Part shown: piece by piece, positions 39,991 to 51,177 of the stretch
How the letters are laid out: each line of letters starts with the position of its first letter
Numbering within the stretch: position 1 is the stretch's first letter
DNA from: Camelus dromedarius
Taxonomy: Eukaryota
Direction: 5' to 3'
DNA: 64,000 nucleotides
Assembly (NCBI RefSeq): GCF_036321535.1
Contig: NC_087436.1
Coordinates: 72,232,001-72,296,000, forward strand
Made by a program: the position numbers and the translations under genes
Notes under the pieces: model-generated
Told to the model about the DNA's origin: nothing
The model's input: the letters and a program-made list of their open reading frames with translations, nothing else
Databases searched by the model: none

Positions 39991-42900
39991 GCCTCTTTGA
40001 TTTGTAGAAAGAGATCAGTTTAGAATAACGTTCGCACATTGTTAATATTCAACACAGCGTAACTTAATCAGAATTTTCCCTTATCATTTATAACAATCTC
40101 TAAGTCACATGAAATATTTATTTGGGTTGATACTTTAGTTGTATGTATTTTTCCATTTAGTATAAAATACCCCACTGGCTTCTGAGCATTCTTTTCAATA
40201 GTTCAGGTCCCAGAGAATGAAAACATTATTTGAATACTCCCTAAGAATAACCCAGAAACAATTTCCAACATTGGGAAAAAACAATTCACAATAGAGGATT
40301 TCAAATGATTAATGACAGTAAACCACTCTATTCTTTCTCCTTTAACTTTAAGATCCACTTGTAATTTAAAGAATGCTACAGAATTAAAAGTTATCATATT
40401 TTGTCATCAAATGTCCATAGTCTGCTACTGAACTTGGAACTAATGGGAGGTCATGTGAGAAATATAAGACATCACTGCTGATTTTGAAGTCTAGAGTCAA
40501 CTTGAGAGAGACAAAAGCAAAATTCAGGAATAACTAGTAATTAATAATGACCTCTTTCTCATGAGCTAGGTTTTACAAGTATATGAGACATTCAAAGATG
40601 GAAGGTGGAAGGAATACATTTCAATTGGCTTTGTCTAAGTAAACCTTTTCAGAGAAGACAAGACATTGCACTGGTCTTGCAGAGAAGTATTTGGAATACT
40701 GGTGACAGTTTTAGGCTGGTTAACCTGTAGGTCTCTTGGATGTTTGACATCTTTGTGGCCTCAAAGGCCAAGAGTAGTTAAACTGAGGATTTCAACAACT
40801 TAAAATACGGTTGTTGGGCAATAAAGTAAAGTGGTTAACCAGATGCGGAGAACCCTGGGGTGTTTGCCAGCGGCTGTGAAGAAAGTGGTTTGTAATCTGG
40901 AAACCATTAAAAATTTCCTGGGGCAGATTCTCTACTGCTTGGCTTCCAATCTTGGATTTTCTACTTCTTAACCCTTCCTTGGGCCTTACTTTCTTTCCCT
41001 AGCTGAAAAATGAGGATAGGAAAATGTTTCTTAGCTGCCTCAAAGAATCAATATGAGGCTCAAAGGATCAGGAACATGAAAGTGTTTAGAAACCTGCATG
41101 CCAAAAAGAACGTTTTAATTCCTATTTAATTACTCCAAGGTGTTACGACTAAAATTTGATTGCTTTTGACAAACAGGAAACCTTCTAAGCAATCAGAATG
41201 TCATTTTGTGGATTGTTTTATTATACCTTGGGACAAGAATAACACAGTGTCTTTCTCTACTACTTGGACACAGTATAGGTAAGACAAATGGCTTCAACAA
41301 AGCAGTGATGACTTTTTAAGAGGCCTGCCTCCCATGGTATTTGGGGCTGTCATTGTCACCTGCAGGGAGTCTTTGGACCATCCACATTCCTATCTGTCTT
41401 TGCACAAGGTCTGTATCAGGAATGTCTAGACAGGAGCCAGAAACAGGCAATGCACCAGAATGATTTCAATAAGAACTCAGGTTAAGTTACACACTGATTA
41501 CTGATTAGGTTGGGGGGCCAAACAGCCTATTTCTAGTGCAGGCTTCCTATTATCTGCTTGCCAGCTGTAGAAATATTTATTTGTGCCTTAAATTCTGTAA
41601 ACAACCCATGGTAAGTTGATTCAGAGTGCAAATCAAGTGAAGCATGGAAATCACGTCTCATGGCTCTTCTCTGATCTTACCATCTGGTGCCAAAACTAAT
41701 TCATGTTCTTTTGTATTTAAAACAACTTATTTGGAATCTAAACACACATACATATATACATACATACACACACATATAAACCTCAATAACTTATGTCATT
41801 AAACCTTTTTTCCACAGGAAGTCTTATACTGTGGTTTATTCCCAGTAGTTAAGTTGAATTTAATTGCCCAGGATTTTTAAGTCATATTTTTGAAGTTTTA
41901 TTTTCTCCACATTATTGAAGCTTTTGTCTTTTGATACATTCTAACATCTAAAAAGACAATGTAATAAATCTGAAGGCTGTTTTCCCAGATTACCACTCCT
42001 CAGAAGAATGAAGGGTTGCATGAGCTGAGTCAGGTATGATGCCGATGGTATCAGGAAGCTGGAAAGGACAGAGAACTTCCTGTTTAACTTCCCACAAAGG
42101 GAAGTCAGACCTCTCAGCCTCCCTTACCTAGAGCATTTTTTCACTTTTCTTCCAGACTAAAAGTTCTACAGTATTCTATGACACCTCCTCCTTGCTCACG
42201 AGTGGAGGTGATGTCCTGCCAAGGAAGATGTGTAGAGGAGTTAAGAAAATTCCCCAGGGTCATGCAGGACAAGGAAAAGAATTCTGTTCTGTGACTGATT
42301 GACTGGTTTCTGATTGTCATCATGTTTACTGATTGCCTTGACTGGCCTACTGTGAGGAGAAGAGTCTTGAGAACAATCCAGAAAAGGATCTAGTTAGATT
42401 TCCATGAAAGAAAGCTTACATAGCCATGCCTGCCATGGTGCTAGACAAGTGAAAGACCTAGCCATTAAGATTTCAGAGTTCTACCTACTTCCTCAGATGA
42501 GAGAGACACACAGAGACAGAGACAGAGACATAGGGGAAGCCAGAAGCTACCTCACCCCTCAACTTCAAGGGGCAGCTCTGGGCTCGGCCCATATGGAGAA
42601 GGACTGTGGAAACAGGCTTGGTCACACCATTGATCATGAAGCTAGATGGTTCCAGAAGCTTGTGTGCGTGAGTCACCCTTCCCCCCCATTAAGTTGTTTG
42701 AGTGAAGCCAGAGTGGGTGCTGTCTTACTGCCAAATTGATTCAAATCCTTAGACCAGACTTCAGGTGAGCCCCTCAAACTCATCAGCCTCAACAGCTTCT
42801 CCAGATTGGGTCCACCACACGTCTGGCTGGTCTGGAGCCACAGCTGGAACAGGCTGGGCTCTCTGGCATTGCTATAGTCTGCACTCAGCCCACCCTATCC

Positions 42901-43614
42901 CACCCCCAACCAAGACCATGCCTCTTCCAATCCCATAGTGTATTGAACTGCAGAAAGCAAGGCATCATTTCCCAGGGCAATTTGCTGCGTGGTTCTTGAA
43001 GGTTTGTTAAAGCACCTTGACACATATATGCTTGAAAAACTAAGCATAAGGCTTCCAGTAAGTAGACTTGATTTGGGAGCCTGTTCGTCCCATGAAGTTC
43101 AAGTGGGAGTAGAGACACTTTCATCATATTGTCTTGGCTTCTAATGCTGGCTGAAGTCCAGAGAATCATGAACTTATCTGAGGAGCCCAGAATGGTGTGC
43201 CTTCAGGCAGGAGAGTGTGAGGTCTTTCAGTTTAGTGCAGTTTTAATCGTGGTTTACATTTCCTGAATAATAATATGAGTAACAATAATTAGAAAGGCTG
43301 TTCAGAAATTTTTCTAAAGTCAAACCTCTCGCTTACTTTGTACCCAGTCCTCCTTTTCAGATGGAGACGAGGCGCACCTCTGAAAAGGTTCTGTACCCCA
43401 GGAGAAATTGGCTTTTGCTAGCCCAGGCTGGCCCAGGGGATGACATCTCCGCGTGTTCCTCGCCTCCAGCGGGAGAGGCAACTTCTTCCACCGCTGGGCG
43501 AGCTACCACGTCCACCGCGGAACGGGTGCGGGCAACTCCTCCCAACCGCGCTCCTCAACCATCACTGCCCAGCCCCCTCCACCCAGCCCCCCTTCCCCCG
43601 CCCCTCTCAGTCCA

Positions 43615-43624
43615 GGGAATTTCC
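43615..43624 (+). promoter_or_regulatory. Proximal NF-kB site of CXCL6-like gene
   Basis: GGGAATTTCC, consensus kB site about 60 bp upstream of the TATA-position element and preceded by a C-rich Sp1-like tract; typical of ELR+ chemokine promoters. Confidence 0.85.
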
Positions 43625-43673
43625 CAAGCATCCCAAAGATTGAGTTTCCTGCCTGGGGGAGGGGGCGAGTGCA

Positions 43674-43680
43674 GATAAAA
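43674..43680 (+). promoter_or_regulatory. TATA-position element (GATAAAA) of CXCL6-like gene
   Basis: GATAAAA 107 nt upstream of the ATG; no canonical TATAAA nearby. Confidence 0.6.
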
Positions 43681-43780
43681 GGGATGCACAGGACTCGAAG
43701 AAGTCACAGTGCTACGAAGCTTCAAATCCCCGCGCCTTTCCCTCCTCCTGAACTCCTCTCGCCGCGCTCTCTTCGCTACT

Positions 43781-44769
43781 ATGAGACTCCTACCCAGCCG
43801 CGCCGCCCGCATCTCCGGCCCTTCGGGCTCGCTGTGCGCGCTGCTCGCGCTGCTGTTGCTGACGCCGCCAGGGCCCCTCGCCAGCGGTGAGAGCGCCCAG
43901 CGAGCCGGACGCACCCCCACCCCCGCCGGCGGAACCGAGCCGCCCCGCCTGCCAGGCGGCCGCGGCGGCGTGAGCGCGCGGAAGCATCTCGGGCGGGCTG
44001 GCTGGGGAGAGCTCTGCCAGCAACTGGCAACTATAACGAAGTCTCTCTTTCTGCCCTAGCTGGTCCTGTCGCAGCCGTAGTGAGAGAGTTGCGATGCATG
44101 TGTTTAACCACCAACACGGGGGTTCATCCGAAAGTAATCAGTAATCTGCAGGTGATCGCCTCAGGACCGCAGTGCTCCAAGGTGGAAGTGATGTAAGTCC
44201 TCATGCGCTATGGTGTTCACTGTGATCTTGGCAAGAGGGAAGTCTCCCCAGCCTGGGTCTTCAGTCCCTGTATCTCATGGGTGTATCTTCTTTATCCTTA
44301 TGCAGTGCCACCTTGAAGAACGGACAGGAAGTCTGTCTGAACCCAGAAGCTCCTTTGATCAGGAAAATCATCCAGAAAATGCTGGACAGGTAGCTGTCAC
44401 TTGCATCTTTGTGGTTTCTTAATCTCTCTTGAAATGTGGACTTCTAAAGGTCCTATTCTCTGCAGGGGGTTTGGCTACCACATTCCAGACTATGCTTAGA
44501 ATAAAATGGTTACTCAGGAAAAGAGGGGGAAGTTGTTCTAGAATGTCCTGGGAAAACCCTTATCAACAGTCTCGGGACGCGATTGCCTAGGAGGTTAGGA
44601 AGAATTCATTCCTGAGACGCATTTTTTATTAGTATAGTCTTGAATCCACCCTTTGCTTTTAGTTGATCCTAAACTCTGTTTTGAAAACAGGTGCGGGTAG
44701 ACAGGTGTGTGGAAATTTGGTTCAACTGATACATTTTTTTTTCTCCACAGTGGAAACAAGAATAATTAA
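43781..44769 (+). CDS. CXCL6: ELR+ CXC chemokine, CXCL6/CXCL5 (GCP-2/AMCF-II-like), 113 aa. Coding exons 43781-43886, 44060-44192, 44306-44389, 44751-44769
   Basis: Spliced translation: [113 protein letters not shown]. Signal peptide, ELR-CxC motif and four Cys present. All introns GT..AG; exon sizes 106/133/84/19 sum to 342 nt. CXCL5 versus CXCL6 naming is ambiguous outside primates. Confidence 0.93.
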
Positions 44770-45873
44770 GAGAAGGAACCAAGCATTGGAAAAATCGCCC
44801 AGTTCTTCAGCAGAATGGTTTTCTGCGGCTCTTTGGACCCAGTGAAGACAAGAAACAAAGGCTGTTTCCTGCAGTGAGTTAGGTTTCCTCATGAATTCCC
44901 CATACGAGAGAGGGATGACAGGAGGGAACCTATGTTTGTCCCTTCAGCTTTCTGCTCAGTTTATGAAGTGTTTAGCATAGTATTTCCTCCTACTTATTTG
45001 CTGTTACTTTATCTGCTATGCTATTGCAATCTTTGGCAATTGACTAAATTGTGCATAATTACTGGATGTTAATTTTTCAAGATGACTTGTATTTCTAGAA
45101 TATACTCCTTCTAGTGTTACAGAAAGAGCTGTGCGTTTCAAATGTGAATGGCATTTCATTAAAATGCTGTATGTGGAGATAAACTGTTATCCTCACTCTC
45201 TGATGAGATAGGTACTATTATAATATTGTTTCTTGGGGAATATGTTACAGAATTTCCTTACTCTTGACCCCAGGAAGCTGTTTAATTTGTATTGCATTAG
45301 AAATTTGAGTGTATTATACAGTTATCTGTGTAGAATATATTTCCTTATTTAGAATTTCTAAATGTGTAAGTTTTATAAGGACTAATGTATTCTCCTCCTA
45401 TAAATTTAGACATTTGATGTCTTCTTTGTATGGCATAATGTCATGTCTTACTCACTAAACTTTGATTTTATGATATTTATTAACTATTTTATTAGAAGTA
45501 TTATAATTCTGGTCACTAAATATATGTTTTGGATGGGTGGATGTAGAAGCTAGGAAATAGGTAAATTCCTTATTTCTAGCTTATATAGAATACATCTGTT
45601 TAGTTTTTTTTTAAGAATAATGGCAAACTTAACAATACTCTATACTCTGAAAGTTTTGAAAACATATCTGAGCTCTGCATGTAAACTCATCACTTAGTTT
45701 TCAAAAAATGCACAGCACTGCTAAGATTTGTAGATGCTTATACTGTATCTTTTTAAGGTCTGACCATTGTGCTATAAAAAATTACATAATGTATCACATT
45801 TACTATGTCAAAATTGCACTTTTAAATTGAGTGTGTCATTGGTTTACAGTACTTCTTTTGTTCTTTGGGAAAA

Positions 45874-45879
45874 AATAAA
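45874..45879 (+). terminator. Polyadenylation signal of CXCL6-like gene
   Basis: AATAAA at the end of a ~1.1 kb AU-rich 3' UTR, followed by a U/GU-rich downstream element. Confidence 0.65.
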
Positions 45880-47538
45880 AGATTTATAAAAGTTAGTCAT
45901 GTTCTTTCTTCCTTCTTGTAAAAATTAATTGTGTTCCTCTCTGGCTAGCAGAGAGGACCCTCGTTTCCCAATGTCCTTGTGTTAGTTCAGCCTTTCTCCG
46001 AGCTCATTCCCCTTCCAGCCACTCCTTCACAGATCCAACAACTTTTGGGTTCTTTAGAAAATGTAAATAGGTAAGAGGTCCTTACCTTAAGTCCTTTATG
46101 GGCTTTCTATTTCCTAGACATGAATTAAGAGTTGTGAAGCAGGACAAATTGGTTCTGTCTCATGACTCTGAATTTCTACTTCAACTTTACTTTTCCCTAG
46201 CATCTTTGCAGTGAGGAATTTAGTTCCTCAACTGGTCATGTTCTTTCCGGGCCCAGGCCTTTGCACTTGGTAGGGTCTCTACCTGGAAGGACCTTCCCAC
46301 TTTTCTGCCTACAGGAGGAAGCTTATTCGTCTTTCAAACAATACCTCCTTCATGACGTTTTCCGTGGCACTCCCAGCAGAACTTACGGTTTCCATTTTGT
46401 TGTTCCTATAGCATCGCCTAAATATTGAATCTATAGGACTAGCCAACATTGCATTGCTTTTATTTGTTTATAGGGCTTTTTACCCAACCCTATTAAGAGT
46501 TCTCCCAGAACACCTACCATATTTCATTCATTTCTACATCCCCAGTAGCTCACACAGACTAATGTAAGTGAATTAATAAACTATCCTAAAACTTCAGGTT
46601 GTCAGATAGTGTCTTAAAATCAGTCACCTGGCTCGTGGTAGGTACTGAATAAATTGTAGCTCCTTTACCATCTTTTCTCCTTCTTGTCTACAAGTAATTC
46701 AAGAGCTTTGTTACGTGCAGTCCCCTCGACCTATAACACACTTTCACCTGACTAATTCCCAACCTTCCTTCCAGGCCTGTTTACCTGTCACGTAAGGCTT
46801 CTCTGACCCTTCCCCCCAACCAGATTAAAGCCCCATTTATATCCTGCCATAGAACCTTGCCCTCTTCTTTCATAGCGTCTTGTCACCCCCATGACGATGG
46901 AGCCAACAGAGACCACGTACATGTGGCCATTGATTTAGCATCTGTTCCAACGTCACTGCAAATTCCATGCGGGCAGGGCCATGTTCATCATGTTCATTTC
47001 AGTTCCCAGGATAGTGCCTCACACATGGTAGGTGCTTACACAGATGAGGGATCTAAACAAGTCCCACTGTCTCTCTGGTATTAAAATAGCAATTTTGTGT
47101 AAATAGCTCATTCTTAGGAATAGCAAGGAAACAAAAGGAAAGAGACTAATCCAATTAGTATACATGCTCACATTCCCTAATTGGATTAATATATTATATA
47201 CACTTATGTTAACATACATTTGTATTTATTAGTATATATTAATATAACCTAAGTTATTCTAAATCTTTTCATCTTTCCACCTAGCAAGATACAAAGATAT
47301 ATAAAAACTTAGAGTAGATCCAAAGAGATGGGTTGGCTGACAGTTTTTTTTCAGCAATATAAAAGAGCACAAAATAACAAAAATTTTTTAAAAATTATTA
47401 CATTTCTATGGTCTTTTTTCACTCTCTCAAATAGTATTTTTTCCCTCGAACCTACAAATTATACACTAATCCTAAGGAAACACTTTTAGCAAACCAAATT
47501 ACCATAAATGTTTGAAAGATAAATTTTGCTGTCTTGGT

Positions 47539-47675
47539 GGGGGTGGGGTACAGCTCAGTGGTAGAGTGTGTGCTAGGTGTGCACAAGGACCTGGGTTCAG
47601 TCCCCAGAGCTTCCACTTAAAAATAAATGAATAAATAAACCTACCTCTCCCCCAACAAAAATAATAAAAAGAAAA
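47539..47675 (+). mobile_element. tRNA-derived SINE
   Basis: cagctcagtggtagag...ctgggttcagtcccc followed by A-rich tail. Confidence 0.85.
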
Positions 47676-50024
47676 CAATTTTTCAGTGTTTTAAACAATC
47701 TCTGATTTATTGTATCAGCTCCAAAATAGTCATTGAGTAAGTGCCTAATCATAACAAAGGAAAGCACACAAAGTGCCCTTTGGATGAGTAAAACATAAGT
47801 TCTGTGAAGAAATAAACATTACTGATTACTTTTTTCTTTATCCTCATTCAATATATTTGTTTTTCCCAGAAGCAAGATTTATAAGTTTAATTTGTTCATA
47901 GACCATAGAATAAGAACTTACTGTAGTATCCTCGAAGTTGTATTTTCATGTTCATGCTATAATTGGTCATTTATAAAGAAAATAGATCACAGTATATTAC
48001 CAAATTATAACCTTCCACAAGAACTGCAATGACAGCTACTTCTCACCAGTCCTACTGCTACAATTGATCCTGCCACTTGCACTCAAAGACTAGCAAACAC
48101 ATCTAGGGGAAATTAACCTAATGCACTTCTTCTAGGGCTATGTCTTATATTGTCCTCACACAAACCCCTAACTTCTATATTCACTCTGTTATCCCTCTGA
48201 AGTTCATACCCGTATAGGAAATCACTAGGAATCAAATAAATGCTCAGCTAAAATTTACTTGATGTTCCTCCTTTAGTATAGACAATTTTCAATGTATAAT
48301 CAATGCCCTTCATTCTACCAGAGTTTCTTGTTTTCCTCTGACACATTCACATAATCCTTTAATTCCTGAAGATATGACCAAGATCTATGATAAAATATGA
48401 CTAGTGGCTTTGTTTTTCTATCACAGTTTTAATTCTTGCATAAGGAAAAGAATTTCTGTGGGTAACTCTCCTGTTGTTCATAACTTCAGAAGTCCTTCCT
48501 AGATGTTGCAAATTGAGAAATTTACTGGACAAAAGAGGCACCTGGGGATTTCAATTCGCCTCCCTGCCTAAGTCACGGAAGACAAGGAAATGTACATGAT
48601 TCTGATTTTGGCGGATGAGCCTCAGTGGCTTTTACTCAGAAAGCTAATATTATATTCCCAAGAAGGATTCTTCATGCTTCAAATATGCAGAGTGAAATAA
48701 TGACATAGAAAGACCTAGAGTTTAGGTGTAAAAGTTTGTTTCTACAAAGCCTAGAGTCCAGTTTCTTAAATATTGAGAAACTGCAAGAACACCCCTTGCC
48801 CTCTGAAAAATCCATGTTGTGTGTTTCCCCTGCACACAAATGTATGAAGATTATTTCTGGTCTACCCGTAGAGGTGGACAAAGAGAAAAACAGTTGATTT
48901 GAGCCATTTCCATCAAGAGAGGCCAGTGATACTGCTTTCTGGTTTGTGGTGAGGAGCGAGGTCAGAGGAACTGCATTTCAAATCTAGTTTAGGGTACTTT
49001 TAGCTATGTGACCATGGCAATTTATTTAATCTCTCCATCCCTCAGTTTTCTCATCTGTAGAATCAGTACAGTGGGATCTATCTCTCAAGCAATAAGGGCT
49101 AGCTGGGAACAAAGCAGTTTCTTGATAAATGTTAGTTCCTTCTCCAAGTCTCCTAATTCAAACTCCCCTTTACAAATGAGGAAACTGAAAACTCTATCAT
49201 TTAAGCACTCTTATTTTTTTCATATTTATTAATATTCTTTGCACCTATATGTGAATGATTAATTTTTAGTGTTTCTAAGAAACGTTTTCCTACCAGTCTT
49301 ATTTAGGAAGCTTCTGGAAGCAATGCATTCACATTCTCTCCATATTTTCTGTCACTTACATGATAATATTATAAAAATATATGAGGCATTTCCCTTCTTA
49401 TAAACATTTACCTAACAAATATCAGTATAGACATTTACTGATAATCTTGTTACACACTAGACCCTGAGCAAGACTCTTATGCTATGGAGATTACAAAGAT
49501 GAGAAGCTCTCAGCCTAAGTTGAGGTCTTTTGGCAGCAAATTTGCTTAGAACTTTCTCTGACAAAGCTTTTCTTGAAGGCTGAATGAAAAGGAACTAGAT
49601 TTTTTTTTTTTCTAAGAGAAAGTGTATCTTAGGTTACACTGGCTAGAATCAAACTCTGAGAGGAGATCCGTGGGCTGAAGTGCTCTAAAAATTAACCTCT
49701 GTTGGGAAGTAAGGATGCAGCAGTGGGCAGAGGGACAGTTGCTCTTGTAATGAAGAGTCCAGTGGTCCCATGAGACGTTCTGGAGCTGGGATGGCCTCTT
49801 GGAGTTACTCTGAATTGTGGCAGGGAGGCAGACTTCTGGATCCTCCCACCGACCAGTCACTGGCTGTGCGGGACCCCTGGAGCGTGGGCATCGCTTTAGA
49901 TGAGATGGCCCCTCAGGCAGTGGGACCTGTGGATTAGGAAGTCAGCTGTAATTTTTCTGCGAGGAAAGCCGAGGTGCCGCACCCAGAGGAACTGAAAGGG
50001 TGTTTAGGAGACGCTTGTGGGTTT

Positions 50025-50225
50025 TGGGGTGGGGAGGGGAGAAAAGGGAAGGAAGGGAGGAGAGAAGTAGAAGGAAAGAGGAGAAAGGAAAGGGGAAGGG
50101 ATGTGGAGGAGAGTGGAAGTCTCTTGTCTTTTCTTTTCCTTGTTTTTCCTTCTTCTCTTTCCTCCTCCTGTCTCCCCTCTCTCTTTCTGTCCTGCTCTCT
50201 TCCTTCCTTCCTCCTTTCTATTCTT
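50025..50225. repeat. Adjacent polypurine and polypyrimidine low-complexity tracts
   Basis: About 95 nt G/A-rich followed directly by about 105 nt C/T-rich. Confidence 0.85.
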
Positions 50226-51152
50226 ACTTTACTCCTGAGAAATAAAACAATATTACCTAAAAGAGGAGAAGAAGAAGGAGGATCAAGATGCCCCTGCAGA
50301 AATCTCAGTCACAAGCCAGCACGAACCACCTCCAGGAGAATGAGGTCATTTTGGACTTTTCAGCCATTCCACTTGCCCTCCGGCTACACCCACATACGTG
50401 AACTCAGGCAAAATGACAGCAGAAGAACCTCTCATTAGCTCACAGAATTGTCAGAAATAATTAACTGTTGTTGTAAGCCACTACGTTGGGGTGGCTTGTC
50501 ACACAGCCAAAGAGGATCCGAAAAGGACCATCATACATCTGAGATTCGACAAATGATTAATCAACATTATTACAATAAAAATTCTCAGGCCTGCAAAACT
50601 TGGCATTGTTCCTGTACCACAGCACCCAGGGAAGGAATTTCCCCCTCAACTCCTTCCCCCTCCCCACTCTCCCCTACTGCCCCCCCGTGCACCACCTATG
50701 GGCGATGTACGGCCTCAACTGAATAAGTGCCTGAGTAATTGATGTCTGGATCGTTCTTGTCAGCTCAGTTACACGGCACACACATTAGATTTCCATACTT
50801 ACAGGAAATCTTTTGTTGGCTAGTATTTCAATTCATTGATTACAGTGCTTTAACAAACTGACCCCCAGTTTTATTATCCCAAGGATCTTCTGTACCAATT
50901 GCTTTTAGAATGAACTTAGGCGATAGATTATTTCTTCATATGTGGGTGGTGTCAGTTCAAAACATTCTCTGTAAGGCAGAATTCATATAGGTCTTAATTT
51001 TAATGGTTAATGTTCCTCCAATGTCTTTAGATATTTTCTTTTAAAAGAACCAACAGGTAAGTTCTGTTTTGAGGCTTAGAAAACTTGCTGGTTTCCTGAA
51101 TGACACTGTTGTTTATACAGTGACTTAAAGGAAAAAGAGATAAAGCAATTTA

Positions 51153-51177
51153 ACACACACACACACACACACACACA
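51153..51177 (+). repeat. (AC)n microsatellite
   Basis: Direct read. Confidence 0.9.

Larger units (their letters stand above)
43440..44030. promoter_or_regulatory. CpG island over CXCL6-like promoter, exon 1 and intron 1
   Basis: GC-rich, CpG-dense stretch in an otherwise AT-rich, CpG-poor window; boundaries approximate. Confidence 0.75.

Noticed and set aside
1..43000. Additional chemokine genes (for example CXCL8), a lncRNA, CRISPR-like arrays or prokaryotic systems
   Set aside because: No CxC exons, regularly spaced repeats or other support seen by eye; a lncRNA cannot be called without transcript data.
43357..44059. Many overlapping ORFs on both strands
   Set aside because: Result of stop-codon scarcity in the CpG island; only the spliced chemokine frame is supported.
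49974..50438. 154-aa ORF, the longest in the track
   Set aside because: Translation of low-complexity purine/pyrimidine tracts and LTR-like remnant; no recognisable domain.
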